DNA of 64,000 bases from Octopus vulgaris. Lineage: Eukaryota. The notes beneath the pieces were generated by a model. The model did not search any database. It saw only the letters and a list, made by a program, of their open reading frames with translations, and was not told the origin of the DNA. Numbering within the stretch: position 1 is the first letter of the stretch; each line of letters opens with the position of its first letter. Shown here one piece after another: positions 1-12,669 of the stretch. A program made the translations under genes and the position numbers. Location: assembly GCA_951406725.2 (NCBI GenBank), contig OX597836.1, positions 19,964,001-20,028,000 on the forward strand, in the 5' to 3' direction.

Positions 1-358
1 ACAACCGATGCTGGTGGGTTTACGTCCCCGTCACTTAGTGGTTTGGCAAAAGAGACCGATAGAATAAGTACTGGGTAGACGGAAACTGAAAGAAGCCCGT
101 CGTGCATATGTATATATGTATATGTATGTGTGTGTGTTTGCGTGTCTGTGTTTGTCCCCCTAGCATTGCTTGACAACCGATGCTGGTGTGTTAACGTCCC
201 CGTCACTTAGCGGTTTGGCAAAAGAGACCGATAGAATAAGTACTGGGCTTACAAAGAATAAGTCCCGGGGTCGATTTGCTCGACTAAAGGCGGTGCTCCA
301 GCATGGCCGCACTCAAAGGACTGAAACAAGTAAAAGAGTAAAGAGTAAAAGAGTAAAG
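1..358 (+). mobile_element. SINE family A, 3' part (cut by window edge, internally rearranged)
   Basis: Matches the other family A copies (acaaccgatgctggtg...ggcggtgctccagcatggccgca...gaaacaagtaaaagag tail). Confidence 0.9.
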
Positions 359-607
359 AGAGAAGGTCTTACAGCTGTTTCCGGGATATTTTTTTATAAC
401 TGATCTAAATTAACTATTGCTTAACCATTTTCTCATATAATTCTGGAATAATTAAAGACAAATTTGATCTTAGCAGAATTTGAACAAACCGTAAAGAACC
501 AAAGTAAATTTCGCAGTTTTATTTTTATTTGTTTGTCTTTTTTGAATGCTTTAACGATTCTACAAATCTCAAGTTTTAACGTCAGAGAAAAGAAATATAA
601 AATATGG

Positions 608-1675
608 CGAAACTACATAGTTTCGGGTTCAGTTCCACTGCGCGGCTTTCTGGACAAGTGTCTTTTGCCTTAACCACGAGCTGTAGTATAGTATAGTGAG
701 TAAATTTGGTACGAGGAAACTGTGTGGAAGCCCGTACTCTCTACTTCCCTTTCCCTCTCTCCCCCTCTCTCCCGTCTCCCCTTCTCTCTTTTCTCCCTTT
801 CTCACTCTCTCTTCTTTTTCTTTTTCTGTATGTATATATATGTATGTATATGGGTGTCTTCGTATTTGTGTTTGTTCCCCCCAACCGCTTGGTAACCGGC
901 GTTGGTTTGTTTGCGTTCCCGCAACGTAGTGGTTCGACAAAAATATCGGTTGAAAAAATACAGTGAGTAAATTTGGTACGAGGAAACTGTGTGGAAGTCC
1001 GTACTCTCTACTTCCCTTTCCCTCTCTCCCCCTCTCTCCCGTCTTCCCTTCTCTCTTTTCTCCCTTCCTCACTCTCTCTTCTTTTTCTTTTTCTGTATGT
1101 ATATATATATATATGTATGTATATGGGTGCCTTCGTATTTGTGTTTGTTCCCCCAACCAACCGCTTGGTAACCGGTGTTGGTTTGTTTGCGTTCCCGCAA
1201 CGTAGTGGTTCGACAAAAATATCGGTTGAAAAAATACAGTGAGTAAATTTGGTACGAGGAAACTGTGTGGAAGCCCGTACTCTCTACTTCCCTTTCCCTC
1301 TCTCCCCCTCTCTCCCGTCTTCCCTTCTCTCTTTTCTCCCTTCCTCACTCTCTCTTCTTTTTCTTTTTCTGTATGTATATATATATGTATGTATATGGGT
1401 GCCTTCGTATTTGTGTTTGTTCCCCCAACCAACCGCTTGGTAACCGGTGTTGGTTTGTTTGCGTTCCCGTAACGTAGTGGTTCGACAAAAATATCGGTTG
1501 AAAAAGTCCTTGGCTTTTAAGATAAGTACTGGTGGTGGTGGTGGTGATGGTGGTGGTGGTGATGGTGGTGGTGGTGGGGGAGTCAATTAGTTCGACTAAA
1601 TTCATCATGGCGGTACCCCACCCAGCATGGGCATAGTCCAATGACTGAAACCGGTAAAAGATAAAGGACAAAAGA
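608..1675 (+). mobile_element. Diverged family A SINE with internal tandem triplication (~270 bp unit)
   Basis: B-box-like gggttcagttcc at ~625; near-identical units start at 696, 963 and 1239; family A tail at ~1607-1670. Confidence 0.8.
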
Positions 1676-1684
1676 CATACTTAC

Positions 1685-1839
1685 ATGGTAAAGTTTGAAA
1701 TGAAAGCATCATTTGGCACTGCCAGCTGAAAGACCATGTCGTCTCGGTAATTGCCATTATTTACCATGACTGTTTCCATCTTGACTGTATTGAAACGGTA
1801 GACTATATGAGACGTTATATGCATCTTGGTAATTTTCAC
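1685..1839 (-). CDS. Internal exon of an inter-alpha-trypsin inhibitor heavy chain (ITIH)-like gene, VIT domain
   Basis: Acceptor ttgtatttcgtttcag and donor gtaagt; 155 nt open frame VKITKMHITSHIVYRFNTVKMETVMVNNGNYRDDMVFQLAVPNDAFISNFT(M), matching the ITIH VIT pattern (S.I..RF...V.N...F...LP..AFISNF.M); phase 0 in, phase 2 out. Confidence 0.88.
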
Positions 1840-1914
1840 CTGAAACGAAATACAATAAACACACGATTGAATATACTAATTAAATAAAAGATGTATTTGT
1901 AAGATTTGTCTGGA

Positions 1915-2282
1915 AGGAAGCACTCCGTCGGTTACGACGACGAGGGTTCCGGTTGATCCGAATCAACGGAACAGCCTGCTCGTGAAATTAACGTGTAAGT
2001 GGCTGAGCACTCCACAGACACGTGTACCCTTAACGTAGTTCTCGGGGATATTCAGCGTGACACAGAGAGTGACAAGGCCGGCCCTTTGAAATACAGGTAC
2101 AACAGAAACAGGAAGTAAGATTGAGAGAAAGTTGTGGTGAAAGAGTACAGCAGGGATCACCACCATCCCCTGCCGGAGCCTCGTGGAACTTTAGGCGTTT
2201 TCGCTCAATAAACACTCACAACGCCCGGTCTGGGGATCGAAACCGCGATCCTATGACCGCGAGTCCGCTGCCCTAACCACTG
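1915..2282 (-). mobile_element. tRNA-derived SINE, family B variant
   Basis: A/B-box head (agtggttaggg...ggtttcgatccc); 3' half shared with 28692-29010. Confidence 0.85.
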
Positions 2283-2308
2283 AAGAATGTTGTAACAGAT
2301 GTTTAGGG

Positions 2309-2527
2309 CAGTGCTTTTCAAACTTTTTGCTGGAGCGGAACCCCAAGGAAACATTCCACTGGCTTGAGGAACCCCTGTGCAATAATTTAATAGTCTTATG
2401 CACACATATCTGCACAGGAGAATTAAAAATTACTGCCGATTTTAGCAGTTTTGTAACTTCTTGCGGAACCCCTGGACTGTACTGGCGGAACCCAAAGGTT
2501 CCGAGGAACCCTGGTTGAAAACCACTG
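2309..2527. mobile_element. Non-autonomous hAT (Charlie/Buster-like) MITE
   Basis: TIRs cagtgcttttcaaac / gttgaaaaccactg; perfect 8-bp TSD gtttaggg (2301-2308, 2528-2535) with central TA. Confidence 0.9.
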
Positions 2528-2665
2528 GTTTAGGGGGTTCGAGCAAGAAATTGTATCTATTTTATCTGCAACGAATTCAGTGGAGCCACTGGATGTCGCT
2601 GTTTTGATGTGGGATGATTTGGCGCTGAAGGCATACAATGCACACACGCATACACACAGAAAACC

Positions 2666-2709
<44 letters not shown>

Positions 2710-2769
2710 TGTGTGTGTGTGTGTGTATTATAATACATATATACGTATATATACGCATATATATATATA

Positions 2770-3167
2770 CTCTTTTACTCTTTTACTTGTTTCAGTCAGT
2801 TGACTGCGGCCATGCTGGAGCACCACCTTTAGTCGAGCAACTCGACCCCGGGAATTATTCTTTGTAAGCCCAGTACTTATTCTATCGGTCTCTTTTGCCG
2901 AACCGCTAAGTGACGGGGACATAAACACACCAGCATCGGTTGTCAAGCAAAGCTAGGGGGACAAACACAGACACACAAACATACACGCACACACATATAT
3001 ATACATATATACGACGGGCTTCTTTCAGTTTCCGTCTACCAAATCCACTCACAAGGCTTTGGTCAGCCCGAGGCTATAGTAGAAGACACTTGCCCAAGGT
3101 GCCACGCAGTGGGACTGAACCCGGAACCACGTGGTTGGTAAGCAACCTACTTAACACACAGCCACTC
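2770..3167 (-). mobile_element. SINE family A, near full length
   Basis: tRNA-like head (gagtggctgtgt...ccgggttcagtccc), internal TA/TG microsatellite, (gtaaaaga)n tail. Confidence 0.92.
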
Positions 3168-3875
3168 CTATATATATATGTAGAAGATTGAAAAGGAACA
3201 CACGAGTTGATATATATATGGAAAAAAAGTCAAGGTAGAAAATGCTAAAATAATCTTATAAAAAACATTTCACTTTCCTCATTGTATATTTTTGCATTTT
3301 CCTTTCCTTCATTTCTTTGTAAGAGAAAGCTCCTGTTGGGGTTGCGATAAAAGAGGGGGGAAGCAGTGAATTAATTGCTTCCCTATTCTTTTCGAGTGAG
3401 GACCGTCAAAAAGGGAGACAAAACAAACGAGTGAGTGGTCAAGAGAGAGAGAGAGAAAAAGGCAGAGAAAAGCAGATTTTTTACTGTTTGCCTTCCAACC
3501 GTGTTAAGCCCATAGACACACTGTCATAATATTTTCTCCTGAAGCGCTGATTTTTTTTACAACCCTGTGCAATAGAGATCAAAAACTTGCCTATTCAAAG
3601 GAGTTTTCTTCCTGGTCGGACAGTTTAGATGAGAAATGGGTATTTAGTAAATTTTCAAATTTGTTTCATTGCTTATCCTTGTTTATTCCCTGCGATTATC
3701 CAGTACTGAAGAGTATGTATTGTTATCTTTTATTCCTTACTCATTTCAGTCATTACACTGCGGCCATGCTGGGGTACTGTCGTGAATCAACCCCAGGACT
3801 TAATTTAACCTTAATACTATTCTGTAGTTCTCTCATGTCTTCATGTAGCTTTATCGTTTTTATTTTTTCACTTGC

Positions 3876-3930
3876 CTTCCTGGTTTGGAGAAGTGCATAT
3901 TGAGGGCTTGTTATAGAAAAGTTTGTCAAC
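3876..3930 (-). CDS. Candidate small exon with GC donor, possibly of the ITIH-like gene
   Basis: Acceptor tactttttacag; 55 nt reading (x)LTNFSITSPQYALLQTRK; donor AAG|gcaagt; phase 0 out fits the VIT exon; no homology support. Confidence 0.3.
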
Positions 3931-3956
3931 CTGTAAAAAGTACAGCACCCTGTGTG

Positions 3957-3994
<38 letters not shown>

Positions 3995-4026
3995 ACAGAG
4001 AAAGACGCAGATACATCGCATATATA

Positions 4027-4258
4027 TTTCTTTACTACCCACAAGGGGCTAAACATAGAAGGGACAAACAAGGACAGACAAAGGGATTAAGTCGATTACA
4101 TCGACCCCAGTGCGTGACTGGTACTTTATTTATCGACCCCGAAAGGATGAAAGGCAAAGTCGACCTCGGCGGAATTTGAACCCAGAACACTTAACGGCAG
4201 ACGAAATACGGCTACGCATTTCGCCCGGCGTGCTAACGTTTCTGCCAGCTCGCCGCCC
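4027..4258 (-). mobile_element. SINE family C, full length (~230 bp)
   Basis: Head ggcggcgagctggcagaaacgttagc, B-box-like gggttcaaattcc, tail tagccccttgtgggtagtaaagaaat. Confidence 0.92.
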
Positions 4259-4307
4259 TAAGATACATCCCATATACGCAGTCAGACACTCATATACATA
4301 CATAAAC

Positions 4308-4722
4308 AGGAGTGGCTGTGTGGTAAGTAGCTTGCTAGCCAACGACATGGTTCCGGGTTCAGTCCCACTGCGTGGCATCTTGGGCAAGTGTCTTCTGCTA
4401 TAGCCCCGGGCCGACCAATGCCCTGTGAGTGGATTTGGTAGACGGAAACTGAAAGAAGCCTGTCGTATATGTGTATATATATGTATGTATGTATATGTGT
4501 ATGTGTGTGTGTTTGTGTGTCTGTGTTTGTCCCTCTAGCATTGCTTGACAACCGATACTGGTGTGTTTACGTCCCCGTCACTTAGCGGTTCGGCAAAAGT
4601 GACCGATAGAATAAGTACTGGGCTTGCAAAGAATAAGTCCCGGGGTCAATTTGCTCGACTAAAGGCGGTGCTCCAGCATGTCCGCAGTCTAATGACTGAA
4701 ACAAGTAAGAGAGTAAGAGAGT
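4308..4722 (+). mobile_element. SINE family A
   Basis: Full head, microsatellite and tail as in other copies. Confidence 0.92.
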
Positions 4723-5205
4723 GAACACACATCACGTACACACAGTCACACAGTCACACACATACACATACACAACCACACGTATTTTGCACTTGTGAAA
4801 GCAACTGCGCTGTGTACTGTACGCCAGCGCTCCTCGTATTTCACAAACACTAAGAACGACACCAACACCGAAACAGCAAAAAGAACTGAGTGAAAGATTT
4901 TCTTCCATGTCTACTTTTATTAATGGGATAACAAAATACAGTTGACATATACGTAATTCTTCAGTCTTCACCACAGTTGTGAAAGAGTTCAAAAATAGTT
5001 GGAAAAGCCATCTTAACTTTATTAAACATGGAAGTTTATTTGCCCACTTTGCAGTCCTCTTAAGGCCCCCCCCCCCGTCCTCTTACGAAAGAAATACTGC
5101 TGTAAACCACATGTGTCTAGAGAAGATGTCTGTCTGCAATAAATCTACCCGATGATAGTCCCATCCATACACCAGGAATCAACTCATCTAGGCATTAAAT
5201 ATATA

Positions 5206-5401
5206 TTTCTTTACTACCCACAAGGGGCTAAACACAGAGGAGACAAACAAAGACAAAGGGATTAAGTCGATTACATCGACCCCAGTGCGTAACTGGTACT
5301 TATTAAATCGACCCCGAAATTTGAACTCAGAACGAAACGGCAGACGAAATACCGCTAAGCATTTCGTCCGGCCTGCTAACGATTCTGCCATCTCGCCGCC
5401 T
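5206..5401 (-). mobile_element. SINE family C with internal deletion
   Basis: Head and tail match other C copies. Confidence 0.88.
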
Positions 5402-5584
5402 TCTATATAATAATAATAACTAGCTGAACTCGTGAAAAAATTTACGGATGACTTAAATATCGTCCAATGAATAGATATCATTTCATCAAAATTGTTTAAT
5501 CTGCATTATTTTCGTTGATGAAAAATACTGTTATCCTTTATGTTATATTTATTAATAATATAAGTATATATTAAGTTATTGTGT

Positions 5585-5980
5585 GAGTGGCTGTGTGGTA
5601 AGTAGCTTGCTAACCAACCACATGGTTCCGGGTTCAGTCCCACTGCGTGGCATCTTGGGCAAGTGTCTTCTGCTATAGCCCCGGGCCGACCAATGCCTTG
5701 TGGGTGGATTTGGTAGACGGAAACTGAAAGAAGCCTGTCGTATATATGTATATATATATGTATGTATGTGTGTGTTTGTGTGTCTGTGTTTGTCCCCCTA
5801 GCATTGCTTGACAACCGATGCTGGTGTGTTTACGTCCCCGTTCGGCAAAAGAGACCGATAGAATAAGTACTGGGCTTACAAAGAATAAGCCCCGGGGTCG
5901 ATTTGCTCGACTAAAGGCGGTGCTCCAGCATGGCCGCAGTTAAATGACTGAAACAAGTAAAAGAGCAAAGAGTAAAAGAG
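5585..5980 (+). mobile_element. SINE family A inserted in the Helitron 3' region
   Basis: Matches family A head, body and tail. Confidence 0.92.
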
Positions 5981-6122
5981 TTAAATACATCCGTTGCAGC
6001 ACTTCGCTATATACAATTTTTCTAGTGTAGGTGATTCCCCTTCTGCGACCATGAGTGGATTCGTTTTGAGGTTTTACTTTAACCCTCACACTGTTTGTTC
6101 ATCACCCTTACTCTTGAAAAAG

Positions 6123-6950
6123 CTAGCCATGAGTGAAGCATTGTTGTGGCAAGTATATGCCAACTCTATTGAATGTTAGCCCCTGTGCTTTATTGATTGT
6201 CATAGAATAGGACAGACGAACCAGGAACTGGGTCCGATGCAGAACGAATGGAATGTTTGCATCGCTTGGAGTAAGTTTGATTCTTGGAATCAGTACTCTC
6301 GTGGGAGAATGAGATCCACTTATAATTGACGCTTCAATGCTATGCTCGTGGGGCTGAAGTACTTCCAATTGAGTTCCGTTGCCTCGACCTTGCGTTATAG
6401 AGAAGTTTCTGAAAAGCATAATAATTGCTCCAACTTTAAAGTTAAGGCGATGGGGAGGCATTCCAGAAGGTGCAAGCGAGTTTATAAACTCCATGGTATA
6501 ATTCTGGGCCTCTTCTTCATTATCAGAAGTTACTGAGTCGGTGCTTAGATATGTCTTAGTTTCAGAGGACAATTTTTAGGGGATAAGAACATTCTATTTT
6601 TCATTTTATCTGCTGTATAGTTGTTAAATATATCAGATACCATAGAATTTTTACATATGCATGCCTCAGGAATATCAATATTATTGTCTGCGAGATTATC
6701 AAGAGAGCTTTGAAGAAATCCACTTCCAAGTTGTAGCAGCCACCTCGAAAAATCTTATTCATTTGCATTTGTTCACATGAATTGCATAAGTTGCATTTGA
6801 TGAAAATTATCCCACATAGAAGAGCGTTTGAGGCAGGCATCAAGTACAGCTGCAGGAAGAGCTCTGGGAACAACTGGAAGAACTTGTTTAAAATCTCCTC
6901 TTATTACGATAATTTCCCCACCTTCAAAGAATGTTGCAGCAACGCCAGTC
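6123..6950 (-). pseudogene. Helitron RepHel PIF1-family helicase C-terminal fragment
   Basis: Motifs TGVAAT, GDFKQVLPV, WLLQLGSG, GMPPHRLNFKVGAIIMLFRN, RTQFLVRLSYSMTINKAQGLT, FTHG; stops and deletions present. Confidence 0.92.
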
Positions 6951-7037
6951 TAGAAGCCAAGAGAAAGAACTCGAATTTAATCCTGACGTATCTCTCTTAG
7001 CGTGACAAACACCGACGGTACAAGCGTATTAAATTTC

Positions 7038-7102
<65 letters not shown>

Positions 7103-8015
7103 GTATGGACTGGTAAAATCGTTAGATAGTTGATCAAAATGTTAATCGTCATTTCTTCCGTTTTTACGTACTGAATTCAAATTCCGTCGAGGTCGACTTC
7201 GCCTTTCCTCCAACTTGGGGGTTTGATAAATTAAGTACCAGTCGAGCATTGGGGGTTCGATATAATTGATTAGCTCCCTCCCTCCCTCCCTCCCATAAAA
7301 TTTTAGGCCTTGTGCCTATAGTAGAAAGATTTATTTTTGTTGTTGCTGTTGTTGCTGCTGCTGCAAGTTTTTGTTGTTGTTGTTGTTGCTGTTGCTATTG
7401 TTATTGCGGTTGCTTTTGCAGTTGCTGTTACTATCATCATGTTTGTCAATACTGTTTTGTCTCGCTCTATTTAAAATAGATGACCTTACGAAATGTCTTA
7501 CATTTGATAGTGTTTTAGCTGGTACATGAGATGGTTTGTGTTTATTCATTTCGTATTTATTCATTTATACATTCATTTTTTTTATTTGTTTGGCGTCGTC
7601 AATTCACGCTTAAACTTATCAAATATTACTTACGTTACTATTTATTTAATTTTTCATTTATTTGGTTTCTTTAATTCATTGTTGTTGTTGTTGTTTTCTA
7701 GGGGAGGTTGGTGGGTGATTTTGCTACTGTTTTTAAATATATTTTTTAATCTCGATTTTGCTTAAATGAAGTACTTTTTTTTTTTCTTTTTTAGATTCTT
7801 CGAGGTTTTCGTTTCAAGTTTGTATTTAAAGTTAGATTGTCATCTTACTAATGTAGAGATGGTAATCGACTCTGCTGGAGAGGACAAACAAATATTAGGA
7901 GGCACAGAACTCGTTGTCCCACAGAGTCAGAAAAGACAAAAGAGAGAGAGAGAGCAGAGTAGGGAACAGAGAAAGGAGAGGGGTGAATAAGGGAGGTATG
8001 AGAAAGGAGGATTGT

Positions 8016-8057
<42 letters not shown>

Positions 8058-8237
8058 GGGAGAAGGTGGGAAGCTGGCTAGCAGCACCCTGTGGATATAA
8101 TATTATTAACTGAATATGCAAAATTAAAAACATATCACTCTAACAAAAACATATGTACATGTGAGTGTGTGCGTGTATGTGTATATACGTAAGTATATAT
8201 GCATATATATACATACATACATACATACACACACACA

Positions 8238-8276
<39 letters not shown>

Positions 8277-8342
8277 CATATACATACATACATACATACA
8301 TACATACATACATACATACATGCATGCATACATACATACATA

Positions 8343-9664
<1,322 letters not shown>

Positions 9665-10087
9665 CATACATGAATACAATGTGAATCGCATATATATATA
9701 TTTGCATACGATTTCATATTTGTATGCATTTATAGACATACCATAACTTACACGCCGGCACACGTACACACACACACACACTTCCATATATATAAATATA
9801 TACACACACGCATTTGTAAGTATATACATTTGTTGGCTGTTTTAAAATTAAAATATAGGAATTTTTGTTTGGAAAAAAATTTATTTTATATTTATTTGTA
9901 TTAAACAAACATCTAAAATTACTCCAAACATTGGTTTTAATGTTTCACGCGCTACTACAGTTTTCAGTGGCTAGAATGGAATTTCTGAAGAACTCCACCA
10001 CAATTCATTGCGATCCGTATTAGCCTGAATATTGTAGCGACGAGCGATAAATATTAAATGAAAAGATAGTTACAAATTCTCATGAAG

Positions 10088-10253
10088 AGGCGCAGGAGTG
10101 GCTGTGTGGTAAGAAGCTTGTTTACCAACCACATGGTTCCGGGTTCAGTCCCACTGCGTGGCACCTTGGGCAAGTGTCTTCTACTATAGCATCGGGCCGA
10201 CCAAAGCCTTGTGAGTGGATTTGGTAGACGGAAACTGAAAGAAGCCTGTCGTA

Positions 10254-10307
<54 letters not shown>

Positions 10308-10529
10308 TCGCCATGTTGATTCGTTAGCTACTGCACGCATTTTTCTCTCTCCTTTTTTCTCTCCTTCTTTCTGTGTTTTTTTTCTCTCTGTGTATCTTTC
10401 TGTTGAAGAGCGTAGGCTCGAAACGTTAAAGACTTGTTTTATTTATATTTCCTGAGCGCCGTACTAATACAATTGTTCGTTTGTTTTCCACCTGCCTTCG
10501 TCTTTTGTCTATTTTCATAAAGCTTCCCG

Positions 10530-10628
<99 letters not shown>

Positions 10629-10829
10629 TCCCCCTAGCATTGCTTGACAACCGATGCTGGTGTATTTATGTCCCCGTTACTTAGCGGTTCGGCAAAAGAG
10701 ACCGATAGAATAAGTACTGGGCTTGCAAAGAATAAGTCCCGGGGTCGAGTCGCTCGATTAAAGGCGGTGCTCCAGCATGGCCGCAGTCAAATGACTGAAA
10801 CAAGTAAAAGAGTAAAAGAGTAAAGAGTA
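10088..10829 (+). mobile_element. SINE family A with a nested pLTR-like insertion in its microsatellite
   Basis: 5' half 10088-10255, 3' half ~10620-10829. Confidence 0.9.
10305..10530 (+). mobile_element. Short Penelope-like pLTR-type repeat with a minimal hammerhead-like motif (10395-10432)
   Basis: Homologous to 46729-46918 (minus); flanked by (TA)n; tcttt-CTGTTGA-a-gagc(gtag)gctc-GAAACGTT-aaaga. Confidence 0.65.
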
Positions 10830-10903
10830 AGAAAATAACTGCTAACGACTTATATCTTAAAGTGCTGTACTTCTCGAGAGAGCTGATAAATATTGTTTAC
10901 ATA

Positions 10904-11415
10904 TCTTTATATATAAAAGTGAGGTTGTGTGGTGTCTGTCTCCTACGATTTAGATTCCTAACTACTCCCACATTTTGCGGTGCAGTTTAACCAAATTCGG
11001 GTATCTTATAGTCGTGATTCATATCGAGCCCGTCTGAGTATTAGCGCGCGTCTACGATGAGTCTACGATTTTAAAAATAATTTAACATCATTTTTTATTC
11101 CATTTTAATGCATAATTTGTCGTGTGTCGATGGCGGCGGAGTTGGCGTCCATGGTCACACCTGCACCTGTTTGCTTCTCCCCCTTCTTCCCTCCCTCGTG
11201 AAGCTGTGGGGAAGGGAGTGTAAGGAAATCAACGTCGTAAAGCGTTGTCAAGGAGACCAGCGTTCTTTTAGAACAACGACTTCATGGCTTGAAGACACCA
11301 TAACAGAAATGGCTAAGAAAGCCCGAATTGGCATCTATAAGGGAAGTAACTCTCTAAAAATGCTTATATAGTTATTTCCCTTACAAATCCGAGCAACGCC
11401 GGGCGATACTGCTAG
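10904..11415 (+). mobile_element. Non-autonomous Helitron
   Basis: A|TC 5' end, ccgagcaacgccggg hairpin, CTAG|T 3' end, no TSD. Confidence 0.88.
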
Positions 11416-12331
11416 TGTTATAATAAATACAAAGATATATATAATTCTTTGCATAAATACGTCGTCACAAAATGCTCAACATTGTTAAAATTACATCTAT
11501 TTAAATACACGTATAAATAATTATATTTTTATTTAAATATCCTTGAGAACAATACAATCTATCTTAGTTCTTATTAAATCAAATATTAATTGAAATTGTG
11601 CCAGACATTGTGTCTAATGTTCCACGTGCTACCATGATCTCCAGTGAAGAGAATTAGAATTTTAAACGTTCTATAGTTATTTCTAGCAGTTCAGGATAGA
11701 GTGAATCTCGTGGAAGAGACGAAATGAATTATTGTTTTTCTATAAACCAAAAAGAAGAAACTACATTTAAAAACAATATCAATAAAAACTTAAACATTCT
11801 CTCTTAAAATAACACTTAATGACTGTTTAGCATTCCCTTCCTTCAAAAAGCAGAGGACTTTAAAATGCTAGTCATTTACAGTTATTTCCACAAGAATATA
11901 CGTAAATAGACCTTAGGATAACAGAATTTATCTTATTTTTTTGTCTCGAGTTATACCGTGCTGACTATTCAAAAGGAGGACAAAATTGCATTATACATTG
12001 GTACCAATGACTAGAAACTTAAAGGTCTTTTAACTGTATATACTCAGTTCGCCTTCTTTACTCATTGATGCAAATTCCAAACTTTCAAATCCAACTTAAC
12101 TTAATCTAGAAGGGGTTGTTTCTTTTGTTACAGTTGACCACCAGGTAAGCACCATGTGTATGCTCTTATCATTTTCCCGTGAACCGTAATTTCACCTATA
12201 TATATATATATATATAGATTCAAATGAATATGGTACTTTATTTAGGTGCACCAGAATTCTGTATGGTGTTATCCATATAAATCCGTGGGGTGATTATAAT
12301 CAAAATAAGCAACAAGAATGACTCCGGTAAT

Positions 12332-12417
12332 TTGGTACGATCGTTTCGTACTACATCATTTTATTAAATGTTGTAAGTATTACAACAGTTTTAAAATGCT
12401 GAGCACTCATCAGCCAA
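12332..12417 (-). ncRNA. Type I hammerhead ribozyme
   Basis: ttgg-CTGATGA-gtgct...agtac-GAAA-CGATCG-TA-ccaa: intact core, stems I and II, palindromic stem III. Confidence 0.85.
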
Positions 12418-12626
12418 TTATAGAGGTTTTTCATTAATACTAAAATTTTCATATCAAGTGGCAACATTATAGAGAAGGTAGATATATAGACAAAGATGTG
12501 GATTTAAATATTAAGAACATTTGAGGTAGTGGAGCCCATCAACTGACTGACTAAGATTTAGTTGTTCCAGACTACTGTAAGGTTCTGAGAGGGGAGAACA
12601 AATGAAAGGAGACAATAAAGATTTTC

Positions 12627-12669
<43 letters not shown>

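Larger units (their letters stand above)
5420..6950 (-). mobile_element. 3' part of a decayed autonomous Helitron, interrupted by a family A SINE
   Basis: PIF1-type helicase relic followed by a subterminal hairpin and CTAG|T end at 5420 on the minus strand. Confidence 0.75.

Noticed and set aside
629-1432. 267-aa repetitive ORF
   Set aside because: Translation of the triplicated SINE unit; no protein features
4732-5060. Hydrophobic minus-strand ORF as a possible signal exon, or a hAT transposase relic on the plus strand
   Set aside because: No convincing splice donor, and similarity too weak to call either way
7849-7874. Minus-strand microexon with ccag acceptor and gtaag donor
   Set aside because: Bridging the signal exon to the 3876 exon creates a TAG stop; no other support
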